Origin: Coriobacteriales bacterium
GTDB lineage: Bacteria > Actinomycetota > Coriobacteriia > Coriobacteriales > UBA8131
DNA length: 54,599 bases
Direction: 5' to 3'
NCBI GenBank assembly: GCA_031272005.1
Contig: JAISUQ010000060.1
Span: forward strand, 1-54,599
The notes under the pieces are model-generated. The model was not told the origin of the DNA. It searched no databases and worked only from the letters and a program-made list of their open reading frames with translations. Shown in pieces: positions 27,376-36,041 of this stretch (positions are counted from its first letter, which is position 1; every line of letters starts with the position of its first letter). The position numbers were made by a program, and so were the translations under genes.

Positions 27376-28317
27376 ATGCCTGCAACTGCAAGGGATTCGG
27401 CTGTTCTCCGTCACGAGATCAACTTGGGTCAGGCCGGGTACCCAGCGGGCTTTCTGGGTGTCTACCGGCCGCCCCCGACGGTTTATGCAGTGGGGGATGC
27501 TGCGGCCCTGATGCGGCCGTCTTTGGCCATAGTTGGCGCCCGCAAGGCCACTCCCTATGGTCTGGCCTGCGCCAAGCGTTTTGCCAGCCGAGCAGCGGCT
27601 CGGGGTATCGTGGTGGTCTCCGGCGGCGCCATCGGCTGTGATCAGGCAGCCCATCGCGGCGCTCTGGCTGTTGGCGGGCAGACCGTCGTTGTGCTGGGTT
27701 GCGGTGCCGACGTCGTCTATCCCACGGGGGCTGCAGATCTGTTCGCGGAGGTTCTGGCCGCCTCGGGGACGATCATCTCTGAGGCACCCTGGGGCTCGCC
27801 GGTGGCGCGCTGGTGTTTTCGCCAGCGCAACCGCCTGATTGCCGGCCTGGCCCAGGCAACGCTGATTGTCGAGGCCGGGCTGCCCAGCGGCACCTTCTCC
27901 ACCGCTGATGATACCCTGGCCCAGGGCAAAGAGGTTCTGGCCGTGCCCGGCTCAATCTATGCCCGGGAGTCGCGGGGTGCCAACCGGTTGATTGCCCAGG
28001 GAGCGGTTCCGATTGTCGACGATCAGAGCTTTGACGACGCGTTAGTGCAGATCTTCGGAGTGCCATTGCTGCCTGTGCCTGGCAGTCAGCGCCGAGCTGG
28101 GCTTAAGGAGCCACTTGAGGAGGACGATACCACCCAGCTGGTTCGCGATGCCTTGATTCAAGCCCCTGCAACAGCTGAGGGGCTTGTCGGTATCTGTGGC
28201 GCCGACATCGTGGAGGTGGTACGCTATCTCTCGTTACTGGAGTTGCATGGCATGGTCTGCCGGCTGAGGGATGGCCGCTACAGCCTGTCACTAAGTGAAT
28301 TGGAACGGAGTCAATGA
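27376..28317 (+). CDS. dprA: DNA-processing protein DprA (Smf)
   Basis: The start is set at MPATARDS after the strong RBS GAGGAGG. It has LAIVGARKATPYG and VVSGGAIGCDQAAHRGAL, plus a C-terminal winged-helix tail. 313 aa. Confidence 0.88.
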   Translation: MPATARDSAVLRHEINLGQAGYPAGFLGVYRPPPTVYAVGDAAALMRPSLAIVGARKATPYGLACAKRFASRAAARGIVVVSGGAIGCDQAAHRGALAVGGQTVVVLGCGADVVYPTGAADLFAEVLAASGTIISEAPWGSPVARWCFRQRNRLIAGLAQATLIVEAGLPSGTFSTADDTLAQGKEVLAVPGSIYARESRGANRLIAQGAVPIVDDQSFDDALVQIFGVPLLPVPGSQRRAGLKEPLEEDDTTQLVRDALIQAPATAEGLVGICGADIVEVVRYLSLLELHGMVCRLRDGRYSLSLSELERSQ

Positions 28318-29678
28318 GCAAGCAGGTAACGATAATCGGCGGCGGTTTGGCAGGTTGCGAAGCCGCCTGGCAGCTGGCGTCGCGCGGGGTGGCGGTGCAA
28401 CTGTGGGAGATGCGTCCGACCCGGCAGACACCCGTGCACCGCGGTGGCGGCCTGGCCGAGCTGGTCTGCTCCAACTCCTTGAAGAGCCTCGACCCCTCCT
28501 CAGCAGCCGGCGCCCTGAAGGCCGAGTTGGCCCGCCTGGGATCGTTTCTGCTGCGCTGCGCTGTCCAGGCACGGGTGCCTGCCGGCGGCGCTCTGGCGGT
28601 GGATCGCGAGGCCTTCAGCGAACTGGTCAGCGCCGGTCTGACTCAGACAGGTCTGGTTGAGCTGATCCGCGCAGAGATGGACGACCTCCACAGCCTGTTG
28701 TCCAACGGACAGCCAGCCATCATCGCCACCGGACCGATGACCTCAGATACCCTGGCCAGCCAGCTGGCTGAGCTGCTGGGCGGGGAACACCTGGCCTTCT
28801 TCGATGCCGCCGCCCCGATTGTCGAAGCCGATTCCTTGGACATGGACCGGCTGTTTGCCCAGTCCCGTTATGACAAGAGCGGTGCGGATTATCTCAACGC
28901 CCCTCTCAACCGCGAGCAGTACGAGCGGCTGGTACAGGAGCTCAGCCAGGCTAAACGGGTCATCCTCCGCGATTTCGAGACCAGGGAGCTGTTCCAGGCC
29001 TGCCAACCGGTGGAGGAGGTGGCGCGCAGCGGTGCGGATACCCTGAGGCATGGCGCCCTCAAACCCGTCGGCCTGACTGACCCGCATACCGGTCAGCGGC
29101 CCTGGGCGGTGGTTCAGTTGCGTCCGGAGAACCGCCAGGGCAGTGCCTACAATCTGGTCGGCTTCCAGACCAATCTCAGCTTTGCCGAGCAGGAGCGGGT
29201 CCTGCGCCTGATACCCGGATTGGAGCAGGCCGTCTTTTTGCGTTACGGCGTCATGCATCGCAATACCTTCATCGATGCGCCGCGCCTGCTGAACGCCAGC
29301 CTGGCCTGGCGCAGCCATCCCCAGTTGCATTTTGCCGGCCAGGTCATCGGTACCGAAGGCTATACCGAAGCCATCGGCACCGGTCTGTTGGCGGCTTTAG
29401 ATACTTATGCTCAGTTGAGCGGCCTGCCAGCGGTGACACTGCCGCCTCAGATGCTGCTCGGTTCGCTGGTAGCCTATGCCAGCAACCCCGAGACCAGCAA
29501 TTATCAACCGATGCATGTCAATTACGGCATCATGCAGCCGTTGGATCCGCCAATCCGACGCAAGAGCCAGCGTTATGCCGCCTACAGCAGCAGAGCCCTG
29601 GAGGCTGTCGAGCGCTTCTGCACAGAGCATGACCAGCTCGACTTTGCCCCACCCTGCGCACTGCCGGAGCCAGCATGA
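28314..29678 (+). CDS. trmFO: Methylenetetrahydrofolate--tRNA-(uracil54-C5)-methyltransferase TrmFO (Gid)
   Basis: 454 aa. It has VTIIGGGLAGCEAAWQLA and LVCSNSLKS. ATGA overlap with the dprA stop. Confidence 0.93.
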   Translation: MSKQVTIIGGGLAGCEAAWQLASRGVAVQLWEMRPTRQTPVHRGGGLAELVCSNSLKSLDPSSAAGALKAELARLGSFLLRCAVQARVPAGGALAVDREAFSELVSAGLTQTGLVELIRAEMDDLHSLLSNGQPAIIATGPMTSDTLASQLAELLGGEHLAFFDAAAPIVEADSLDMDRLFAQSRYDKSGADYLNAPLNREQYERLVQELSQAKRVILRDFETRELFQACQPVEEVARSGADTLRHGALKPVGLTDPHTGQRPWAVVQLRPENRQGSAYNLVGFQTNLSFAEQERVLRLIPGLEQAVFLRYGVMHRNTFIDAPRLLNASLAWRSHPQLHFAGQVIGTEGYTEAIGTGLLAALDTYAQLSGLPAVTLPPQMLLGSLVAYASNPETSNYQPMHVNYGIMQPLDPPIRRKSQRYAAYSSRALEAVERFCTEHDQLDFAPPCALPEPA

Positions 29679-30601
29679 GCAGTTCAGACGCCACTGCCAG
29701 AAGAGACAGGATAAACGATCTGATCGAGCGTTTCCTGGTAGCGTTGCGTCTGGAGCGCAACCTTTCTGCCAACACCATTCGGGCCTATCGCATCGACCTG
29801 GAGCATTTTTCCGCCTGGCTTGATAGCGCAGGACTACAGCCCGAGATGCTCAGCTATAAGACGATGCGCGGTTATCTCGGTGAGCTGGATCAGCAGAACT
29901 ACAATCGGCGCAGCGTCAACCGGCGGCTGTCGGCCATCAAGACCTTCTTTGCCTGGATGGTCGAATGCGGCGAGATTGACAAGGACCCCCTGACCGTGAT
30001 CTCCGGGCCCAGGCAGCCCAAAAGCCTGCCCTCCTTCTTTGATTTCGAGGGGTTGAAACGGCTGCTTTCGATATGCGACCTGAGCACGGCAACCGGGCTG
30101 CGCGATCAGGCCCTGCTGGAACTGCTCTACGCCAGCGGCGCCCGCATCTCGGAGGTCGCGGCGCTTGAGGTTGCCGATGTGGATTTCGAGCAGCAGCAGC
30201 TGCGCTTGATGGGCAAAGGCTCCAAGCAACGAATCGTACCGCTGCATCCTTTGGCCCTGCGCACCATCGCTGCCTATCTGCAACAGGCCCGCCCGGAGTT
30301 GGCCGCCGCCGGCAAGGCGGCATCCAGTGCCCTGTTCCTCTCGGTGCGCGGCCAGCCGATGAGTGCCGATACGCTGCGTCGGGCCTTCAAGCAGGCCGTC
30401 AGCCTGGCCGGGCTGGACTCCAGCTTCTCGCCGCACGATATGCGCCACACCTTTGCCACGGACTTGCTGGAGAATGGGGCGGATTTACGCTCTGTCCAGG
30501 AATTGCTGGGCCATGCCAATCTCTCCACGACCCAGATTTATACTCATCTGACCTCCGGCCATCTCAAGGACATGCATCATCGTGCGCATCCGCGGGGGTG
30601 A
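29675..30601 (+). CDS. xerC: Tyrosine recombinase XerC/XerD family
   Basis: 308 aa. It has an N-terminal SAM-like domain (NTIRAYRIDLEHF). The catalytic residues are in ARISEV (R), HDMRHTFAT (H-x-x-R) and LLGHANLSTTQIYTH (H, Y). ATGA overlap with trmFO. Confidence 0.9.
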   Translation: MSSSDATARRDRINDLIERFLVALRLERNLSANTIRAYRIDLEHFSAWLDSAGLQPEMLSYKTMRGYLGELDQQNYNRRSVNRRLSAIKTFFAWMVECGEIDKDPLTVISGPRQPKSLPSFFDFEGLKRLLSICDLSTATGLRDQALLELLYASGARISEVAALEVADVDFEQQQLRLMGKGSKQRIVPLHPLALRTIAAYLQQARPELAAAGKAASSALFLSVRGQPMSADTLRRAFKQAVSLAGLDSSFSPHDMRHTFATDLLENGADLRSVQELLGHANLSTTQIYTHLTSGHLKDMHHRAHPRG

Positions 30602-30661
30602 TCGGTACACAGGCGGCGGCCAGCACCACCCATGATCATCATGCGCACCCACGGGGGTGAT
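30575..30661 (+). repeat. Imperfect 27-nt direct repeat duplicating the xerC 3-prime end
   Basis: ATCATCGTGCGCATCCGCGGGGGTGAT (30575-30601, containing the xerC stop) against ATCATCATGCGCACCCACGGGGGTGAT (30635-30661): 23 of 27 identical, with starts 60 nt apart. Confidence 0.7.
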
Positions 30662-30752
30662 ATGATGTTGGTGGCAACCAACAGGCTGTGTTCGGCTGCC
30701 ATGCCTGGCACATACTGTGCTCAGCCAAAACAGCGCAGAGCAGGAGGCAACA

Positions 30753-30926
30753 ATGTTCAATCTCAATACCGCCGACATCGTCATTGTGGCGATTGTTGCT
30801 GCAGCTTTGGTGCTGGCTCTGCGCCATATCTGGCGCAACCGCAAACGCAGCGGTTGTGACGGCTGCGGCTCGGACGACAACTGTGCAGCCTGCAATCCCG
30901 AAGATGCGAAAAACCCGAAAAACTGA
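30753..30926 (+). CDS. FeoB-associated Cys-rich small membrane protein (P12-like)
   Basis: 57 aa from MFNLNTADIVIVAIVAAAL (RBS CAGGAGG). It has one TM followed by the Cys-rich tail SGCDGCGSDDNCAAC. Confidence 0.7.
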   Translation: MFNLNTADIVIVAIVAAALVLALRHIWRNRKRSGCDGCGSDDNCAACNPEDAKNPKN

Positions 30927-30955
30927 TTGACAAGTAAAGTTAACCTAGTTAAACT
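30927..30955 (+). promoter_or_regulatory. Sigma-70-like promoter TTGACA-17-TAAACT for the iron-uptake operon
   Basis: Consensus -35 at 30927-30932 and -10 at 30950-30955, about 50 nt upstream of the FTR1 start. Confidence 0.55.
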
Positions 30956-30966
30956 CTTCAACACTG

Positions 30967-30988
30967 ATAGTTAGTCTATGCTAACTAT
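30967..30988. promoter_or_regulatory. Operator-like perfect inverted repeat ATAGTTAG-N6-CTAACTAT just downstream of the -10
   Basis: 8-bp arms read directly from the sequence. The position fits a repressor occluding the promoter or transcription start of an iron-uptake operon. The GTTAG/CTAAC core recalls DtxR/IdeR half-sites, but the spacing differs. Confidence 0.45.
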
Positions 30989-31006
30989 GATGGGGATTGG
31001 AGAGTT

Positions 31007-32296
31007 GTGAGCGCAAACCTGAGCATCAGACATCGTGTTGCCGGGCAGTTGGCCTGTGTGGTTTCCTTCCTGCTGGTGACCGCCGTCCTGTTCGTTTCGC
31101 CATTGTCCGCCGGCAAAGCCTACGCCGCCGAGACCGACCTGGAGACCTGGACTGAGGTGGCCGAGGAGATGTCCAGCATCCTCAACGATGCCTGGGAGAT
31201 CTACCAAAGCGGCGACGTCAAGGCGGCCAAAGCCCGGGTCGATGACGCCTACTATGGCTACTACGAGGCTTTGGGGTTTGAGAAGACGGTCATGGCGCAT
31301 ATCTCCGGTGGCCGCGCTGCCGATGTTGAATACCAGTTCAGCTTCATCAAGCGAGCCATGGAGGAAGGCGACAGCGATGGCGCCAAAGCCTCCATCGACA
31401 CGCTCTGCGCGATGCTGCTCGAAGACGGCAAGACCCTGGATGGCGGCTCGGCCAGCCCGCTGTTCGCCCTGCTCGGCTCACTGGCCATCATCCTGCGCGA
31501 AGGGCTGGAGGCCATCCTGGTGCTGGCGGCCATCATCGCCTACCTGGTCAAGAGCGGCAACGCCCAGCACACCCGCACGGTCTATATCGGCAGCGTCATC
31601 GCCCTGGCGGTCAGCGTGCTGCTGGCTGTGGCGCTTACCGCGCTGAGCGCCGCCAATGGCGCCAACCAGGAGATCATCGAGGGTGCCACCGCCCTGGTGG
31701 CCGTGCTGGTGCTGTTCTACACCTCCAACTGGATGTTCTCCAAGGCCGACTCCCGGGCCTGGAAGAGCTATATCGAAGGCAAGGTCACCACCTCGATCAC
31801 CAAAGGCGCCATCTTCGGCCTGGCTTCGGCGGCGTTCTTGGCCGTGTTCAGGGAGGGCGCCGAGACCATCCTGTTCTACAGCGCGCTTCTGGCCGGCAGC
31901 GACGCCGCATCCACCAACATGGTCTGGCTGGGGTTGGGCATCGGATTGGTGGCGCTGGTGGTGGTGTTCGTCCTGATTCGCTTCCTCTCCATCAAGTTGC
32001 CGATCAAGCCCTTCTTCATCGCCTCCAGCGTGCTGATGTTCATCCTCTGCCTCAGCTTCACCGGCAACGGCATCAAGGAGCTGCAGGAGGGCGGCGTGAT
32101 TCAGGCCACGCCGATAGCCGGTGTGCCGACCATCGACATCCTGGGCGTCTTTCCGGTCGCCGAAACGTTGATCCCGCAGCTGGTGGTGCTGGCCGTCACC
32201 GTGGCTACCATCATCTACCAGGTGCGCAAGTGGAATAAAGGGAACCAGGGGACACAAGGAGTCTCTGGCCATACACAGAAAGGTGAGGAGATATGA
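31007..32296 (+). CDS. FTR1/EfeU-family iron permease with an N-terminal extracytoplasmic domain
   Basis: GTG start, 429 aa. Two REGxE motifs are present (REGLEA, REGAET), in 7 predicted TM. Confidence 0.85.
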   Translation: MSANLSIRHRVAGQLACVVSFLLVTAVLFVSPLSAGKAYAAETDLETWTEVAEEMSSILNDAWEIYQSGDVKAAKARVDDAYYGYYEALGFEKTVMAHISGGRAADVEYQFSFIKRAMEEGDSDGAKASIDTLCAMLLEDGKTLDGGSASPLFALLGSLAIILREGLEAILVLAAIIAYLVKSGNAQHTRTVYIGSVIALAVSVLLAVALTALSAANGANQEIIEGATALVAVLVLFYTSNWMFSKADSRAWKSYIEGKVTTSITKGAIFGLASAAFLAVFREGAETILFYSALLAGSDAASTNMVWLGLGIGLVALVVVFVLIRFLSIKLPIKPFFIASSVLMFILCLSFTGNGIKELQEGGVIQATPIAGVPTIDILGVFPVAETLIPQLVVLAVTVATIIYQVRKWNKGNQGTQGVSGHTQKGEEI

Positions 32297-32970
32297 GAAC
32301 TGCACAGACAAGCCAGGTTGCTGGCAAGGAGATGACCCGCAAGGCGGTAGCGCTGCTGGCGGCCCTGGCGCTGCTGGCGATGGGGCTGCTCGGCTCGGTT
32401 GGTTGTACCACCGGCACCGGCACTGCCAGCGGCAGTGACAGCGGCGAAGAGAGCTCGGCCGACAGCGGCGGTGTGGCCGCCCCGGGTGAGGCCGGCGGTT
32501 TCGAGGAGTTCCCGCTCGGCGACGACCAGGTGGTCGGGCCGTTGAATGTGGCTGGTGTCTACTTCCAGCCGGTGGATATGGAGCCGGCCGGCAACTCGCT
32601 GCCTGCCGCCCAGTCCGACGCCCACCTGGAGGCCGACATCTCGGCCGCCGAGGGTAACAAGTGGGGCTATGGCGTGGGCGACTTCGTGCCCAACCTGACC
32701 GTGGACTACGAGATCACCGACAGCAGCGGCAAGGTGGTGGATGAGGGCGCCTTCATGCCGATGAGCGCCTCCGACGGCCCGCACTACGGCGCCAACGTCA
32801 AGTTCGGCCCGGCTGGCACCTACACCGTCAAGTTCATCATCCACAGCCCCGAGGAGCAGGGCTACCTGCTGCACACCGACCCGGAGACCGGCGTGGATGG
32901 CGATTACTCCAGCTATAAGTTCCCCTACACGGTGGAGTTCACCTTCGACTGGGATGCCCGCGAGTGGTAA
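32293..32970 (+). CDS. P19/FetP/Tp34-type periplasmic iron-transport lipoprotein
   Basis: ATGA overlap with FTR1 and RBS GGTGAGGAG. The lipobox is LLGSVGC. VAGVYFQPVDMEP..., AHLEADI and GPHYGANV are typical of this family. 225 aa. Confidence 0.8.
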   Translation: MRTAQTSQVAGKEMTRKAVALLAALALLAMGLLGSVGCTTGTGTASGSDSGEESSADSGGVAAPGEAGGFEEFPLGDDQVVGPLNVAGVYFQPVDMEPAGNSLPAAQSDAHLEADISAAEGNKWGYGVGDFVPNLTVDYEITDSSGKVVDEGAFMPMSASDGPHYGANVKFGPAGTYTVKFIIHSPEEQGYLLHTDPETGVDGDYSSYKFPYTVEFTFDWDAREW

Positions 32971-33132
32971 GCGCAATTCGGCCAACAGGCCATTGAGCGG
33001 TGCCTCCCCGGGCACCGGATAGCGGGTACAGGGCGGGCAGCTGCGCCCTCGAACAGTTGCAACAGTGGCGAGATTGTGGGTGCTTCCTGCAATCTCGCTG
33101 CTGCGCGATAGTCGGATTATCCCTGGAGCGAA

Positions 33133-34572
33133 GTGTTCGAGTATCTGATAAAAATATTGCAGCATAGCATGGCTCTGGCAGTGATCCTGCCGTTGCTGGG
33201 CACATTGGCAGTGCGTCTCGGGGCGGAGACAGGCGGCCTGCGCCGTCGCTTCACCATTGCCTTGCTGCTGGGCGCGGCCTGCTCCATCGCCATCGCCCTG
33301 CTGAAGACCCGTACCGGTTGGATAGTCACCGAGTATTGGAACACCGCTATCATGCTCGCAGTCATTCTCAGTGGCGCAGCGCTGCTGTTGCTGGCTTGCA
33401 GGCTCACGCGGCCCAACCCGGCCGAGCCGCGCTGTGCGGAGCAAACTCCGGCCGGTCAAGACCTGGCGGAGAAGACTCCGGCGGAGCAATCCCTGGCGGG
33501 TCAGTCCCTGGCGGAGCAGTCCTGCACAACCACGGCATCGTCGCTGCGTCGCCGACTGGCCTGTTGGGCAGCCTGCCTGCTGGCCTTCTCTCTGGTGTTC
33601 TATGTGCTGCGCGGCGATCTGCTCTACATCCGGGAGTTCGCCCAAAACGATGAGAGCCTGCTCAGTCTGGCAGCCCTTTATCGCTGCCTGGGTTGGCTGG
33701 CCGGCGCCGGCATCTGCATCCTCACAGCAGCCGGCCTGGCGGTTGTCTGCCGCCAGCTGAACACTCCAGCCATCTATCGCATCCTGGCAGCGATGCTGAC
33801 CATCTACCTGTTCTGCGGGTTGCTCAGCTGCCTGCGGGTGCTTTACGTACGCTACCTGATACCGCGCCCGGGCTGGCTGGGGGCGCTGCTGCGGGCGGCC
33901 ACCAACTACGCCGATATGATCACCATGGTGCTGTTGGCTTTGGCGCTGGTGGCGGTGGTGTTGGCGCTGCTCAGCCATCGCCGACAGGCCAGCGGACAAC
34001 CTGATTGCCCTGTAGCCGCAGCGCCCAACCCGGCCCAGCTGCGCAGGCTCCGCGCCGCTCGCCGCAAGACCCGGCGTTGGGGCACGCTGGTGGCTGCCTG
34101 CTGCCTGGCCAGCGTGCTGAGCTTCACGCTGCTGCTGGCCTGGGTCAACCGCGAGGAGGAGCTGGCGCCCTCCGAGGAGTTGGCCTACAGCGGTGAGGCG
34201 GCCTGTATCCCCCTAAGTGAGATCGAAGACGGCCATCTGCATCGCTTCACCCACGTCGCCGCCGACGGCACCGAGGTCCGCTTCATCATCATCAAGAAGA
34301 ACGAGGTGGCCTACGGGGTGGGTCTGGACGCCTGCAATATCTGCGGTGCCACCGGCTATCTGGAGCGCGATGAGCAGGTGGTCTGTATCAAATGCGATGT
34401 GGTGATGAACAAGCAGACCATCGGCTTTGCGGGCGGCTGTAATCCCATTCCGCTGGAGTTCGCCGTGCGCGACGGGGCGTTGTACATCGATAAGGATGTG
34501 CTGGAGTCCGGCGCCCAATACTTCAACGGCTCCAACACCGGCAGCGGCAATACCGCTCAGATGACCGGCTGA
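33133..34572 (+). CDS. Membrane protein with a C-terminal DUF2318 Cys-rich domain (Fe-S/metal-binding, P19-system associated)
   Basis: 479 aa with a polytopic N-terminus. The C-terminus has HRF.....DG..VRFIIIKK and CNICGATGY......VVCIKCDVVM....IGFAGGCNPIPL. Confidence 0.75.
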   Translation: MFEYLIKILQHSMALAVILPLLGTLAVRLGAETGGLRRRFTIALLLGAACSIAIALLKTRTGWIVTEYWNTAIMLAVILSGAALLLLACRLTRPNPAEPRCAEQTPAGQDLAEKTPAEQSLAGQSLAEQSCTTTASSLRRRLACWAACLLAFSLVFYVLRGDLLYIREFAQNDESLLSLAALYRCLGWLAGAGICILTAAGLAVVCRQLNTPAIYRILAAMLTIYLFCGLLSCLRVLYVRYLIPRPGWLGALLRAATNYADMITMVLLALALVAVVLALLSHRRQASGQPDCPVAAAPNPAQLRRLRAARRKTRRWGTLVAACCLASVLSFTLLLAWVNREEELAPSEELAYSGEAACIPLSEIEDGHLHRFTHVAADGTEVRFIIIKKNEVAYGVGLDACNICGATGYLERDEQVVCIKCDVVMNKQTIGFAGGCNPIPLEFAVRDGALYIDKDVLESGAQYFNGSNTGSGNTAQMTG

Positions 34573-34586
34573 GGCGGGGTAGCGCA

Positions 34587-36041
34587 ATGTTTATCCGCAT
34601 GATAATCAAGGTCATCGCCCGCCAGCGCACCAAGATGCTGATGATTGCCCTCACTGTGGCTTTGGGCAGTTCGCTGGCCAGCGCGATGCTCAATGTCATG
34701 TTGGATGTGGGCGATAAGGTCAACCGCGAGCTGAAGGCCTATGGCGCCAACATCACCGTCCAGCCCAAAGGCGCCCTGCTGCTCAGCGACCTCTATGGGC
34801 TGGACGCCGCCGCTGCAGGTGTCGATGCCTATCTGCCCGCCAGCGAGGCTGCCAAGGTCAAGACCATCTTCTGGGCCTACAACGTGGTGGACTTCACACC
34901 ATTGCTCAGCCTGCAGGCCGAAACGCCATCCGGGCGGGAGGTGGCAGTGACCGGCGCCTGGTTCTCCCATCAGCAGAGCCTGCCCACCGGCGAGGAGCTG
35001 CAAAGCGGTATCGACAACCTGCGCAGTTGGTGGGAGATTGAGGGGAGCTGGCTGGTCGATGGCGAGGATGACGGCGTCATGGTCGGCGTCACATTAGCCG
35101 AGGAGCTTGGACTCGAGGTTGGTGACCAGATCACGCTGAGCGGTTTGACAGGCGCAACCACCGATGACCCCGCCGATTCCGGCACCGCGGATCCCGCCCC
35201 CGCAGGAACCGGCACCACAGACCCCGCCTCCGGCACCACAGACCCCGCCGTTTCCGGCGATGCCGGTACCGCCGGCACCGCAGCTACCACCACCTCCGGC
35301 GAAGCCACTGCCGTTAGCGCTCCCACCAGCCGTACGCTCACCGTGCGGGCCATCATCACTGCCGGCGGTGACGAGGACAACCAGGCCTTTGTCACCCTGG
35401 CCTGCGCCCAGGCCATCAGCGGCAAGACCGGTCTGGCTACAAGCATCGAGGTCAGCGCGCTGACCACCCCGGACAACGACCTGGCGCGCCGCGCCGCCCA
35501 AAACCCCAAGAGCCTCTCGGCCAAGGATTACGAGACCTGGTACTGCACCGCCTACGCCTCGGCCATCTGCTATCAGATAGAGGAGGCCATCCCCGGCGTA
35601 GTCGCCAAGCCGGTCCGCCAGGTGGCCGCCTCGGAGGGTGCCATCCTGGAGAAGACCCAGCTGTTGATGCTGTTCATCACCATCCTGAGCATGGTGGGGG
35701 CGGGTTTGGGCATCTCCAACCTGGTCAGCGCCAGTGTCATGGAGCGCTCCGCCGAGATCGGCCTGATCAAGGCGCTGGGTGCCAGCGATGCCGCCGCTGC
35801 CTGGTTGGTGCTGCTGTCCATCCTGCTCACCGGCCTGGCCGGGGGCGTGCTGGGCTATCTGGCCGGGCTGGGCTTTGCCCAAATCATCGGCCTTGGCGTG
35901 TTCGGCTCGCAGATCGCCGCGGCGCCGTTGGTCATCCCGCTGCTGGCGGTGCTGCTGGTGCTGGTGTTGCTGCTCGGCAGCCTGCCGGCATTGCGCAGCC
36001 TGCTGCGTCTGCGTCCGGCGGAGGTGCTGCATGGCCGCTGA
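34587..36041 (+). CDS. FtsX/MacB-type ABC permease 1
   Basis: 484 aa. The layout is an N-terminal TM, a large extracytoplasmic domain and a C-terminal FtsX 3-TM bundle (ERSAEIGLIKALGAS). The loop carries a Thr/Asp/Pro/Ala/Gly low-complexity insert. Confidence 0.85.
   Translation: MFIRMIIKVIARQRTKMLMIALTVALGSSLASAMLNVMLDVGDKVNRELKAYGANITVQPKGALLLSDLYGLDAAAAGVDAYLPASEAAKVKTIFWAYNVVDFTPLLSLQAETPSGREVAVTGAWFSHQQSLPTGEELQSGIDNLRSWWEIEGSWLVDGEDDGVMVGVTLAEELGLEVGDQITLSGLTGATTDDPADSGTADPAPAGTGTTDPASGTTDPAVSGDAGTAGTAATTTSGEATAVSAPTSRTLTVRAIITAGGDEDNQAFVTLACAQAISGKTGLATSIEVSALTTPDNDLARRAAQNPKSLSAKDYETWYCTAYASAICYQIEEAIPGVVAKPVRQVAASEGAILEKTQLLMLFITILSMVGAGLGISNLVSASVMERSAEIGLIKALGASDAAAAWLVLLSILLTGLAGGVLGYLAGLGFAQIIGLGVFGSQIAAAPLVIPLLAVLLVLVLLLGSLPALRSLLRLRPAEVLHGR

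Noticed and set aside
30967-30988. Calling the palindrome a canonical IdeR/DtxR box.
   Set aside because: The half-site cores resemble IdeR, but the inter-half-site spacing (6 nt) does not fit the 19-bp consensus I recall. It is reported only as an operator-like palindrome.
32215-33999. Very long antisense or alternative-frame ORFs in the track. Examples: 32215-33999(-) 594 aa, 50934-52874(-) 646 aa, 20103-22046(+) 647 aa, 35094-36260(-) 388 aa, 17688-19019(+) 443 aa, 45374-46570(-) 398 aa, 12749-13759(-) 336 aa, 36577-37650(-) 357 aa and 41412-42392(-) 326 aa.
   Set aside because: Each lies opposite to, or out of frame with, a gene that has clear family motifs. Their products are Arg/Gly/Ala/Pro/His/Gln-rich and motif-free. 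This is the expected artefact of stop-codon scarcity in GC-rich DNA.
35779-36030. Upstream extension of FtsX permease 2 (the track ORF starts at 35779).
   Set aside because: The extension overlaps the 3-prime end of permease 1 out of frame and encodes a Cys/Trp/Arg-rich nonsense sequence. The ATG at 36031 with a GGAGG RBS is the plausible start.
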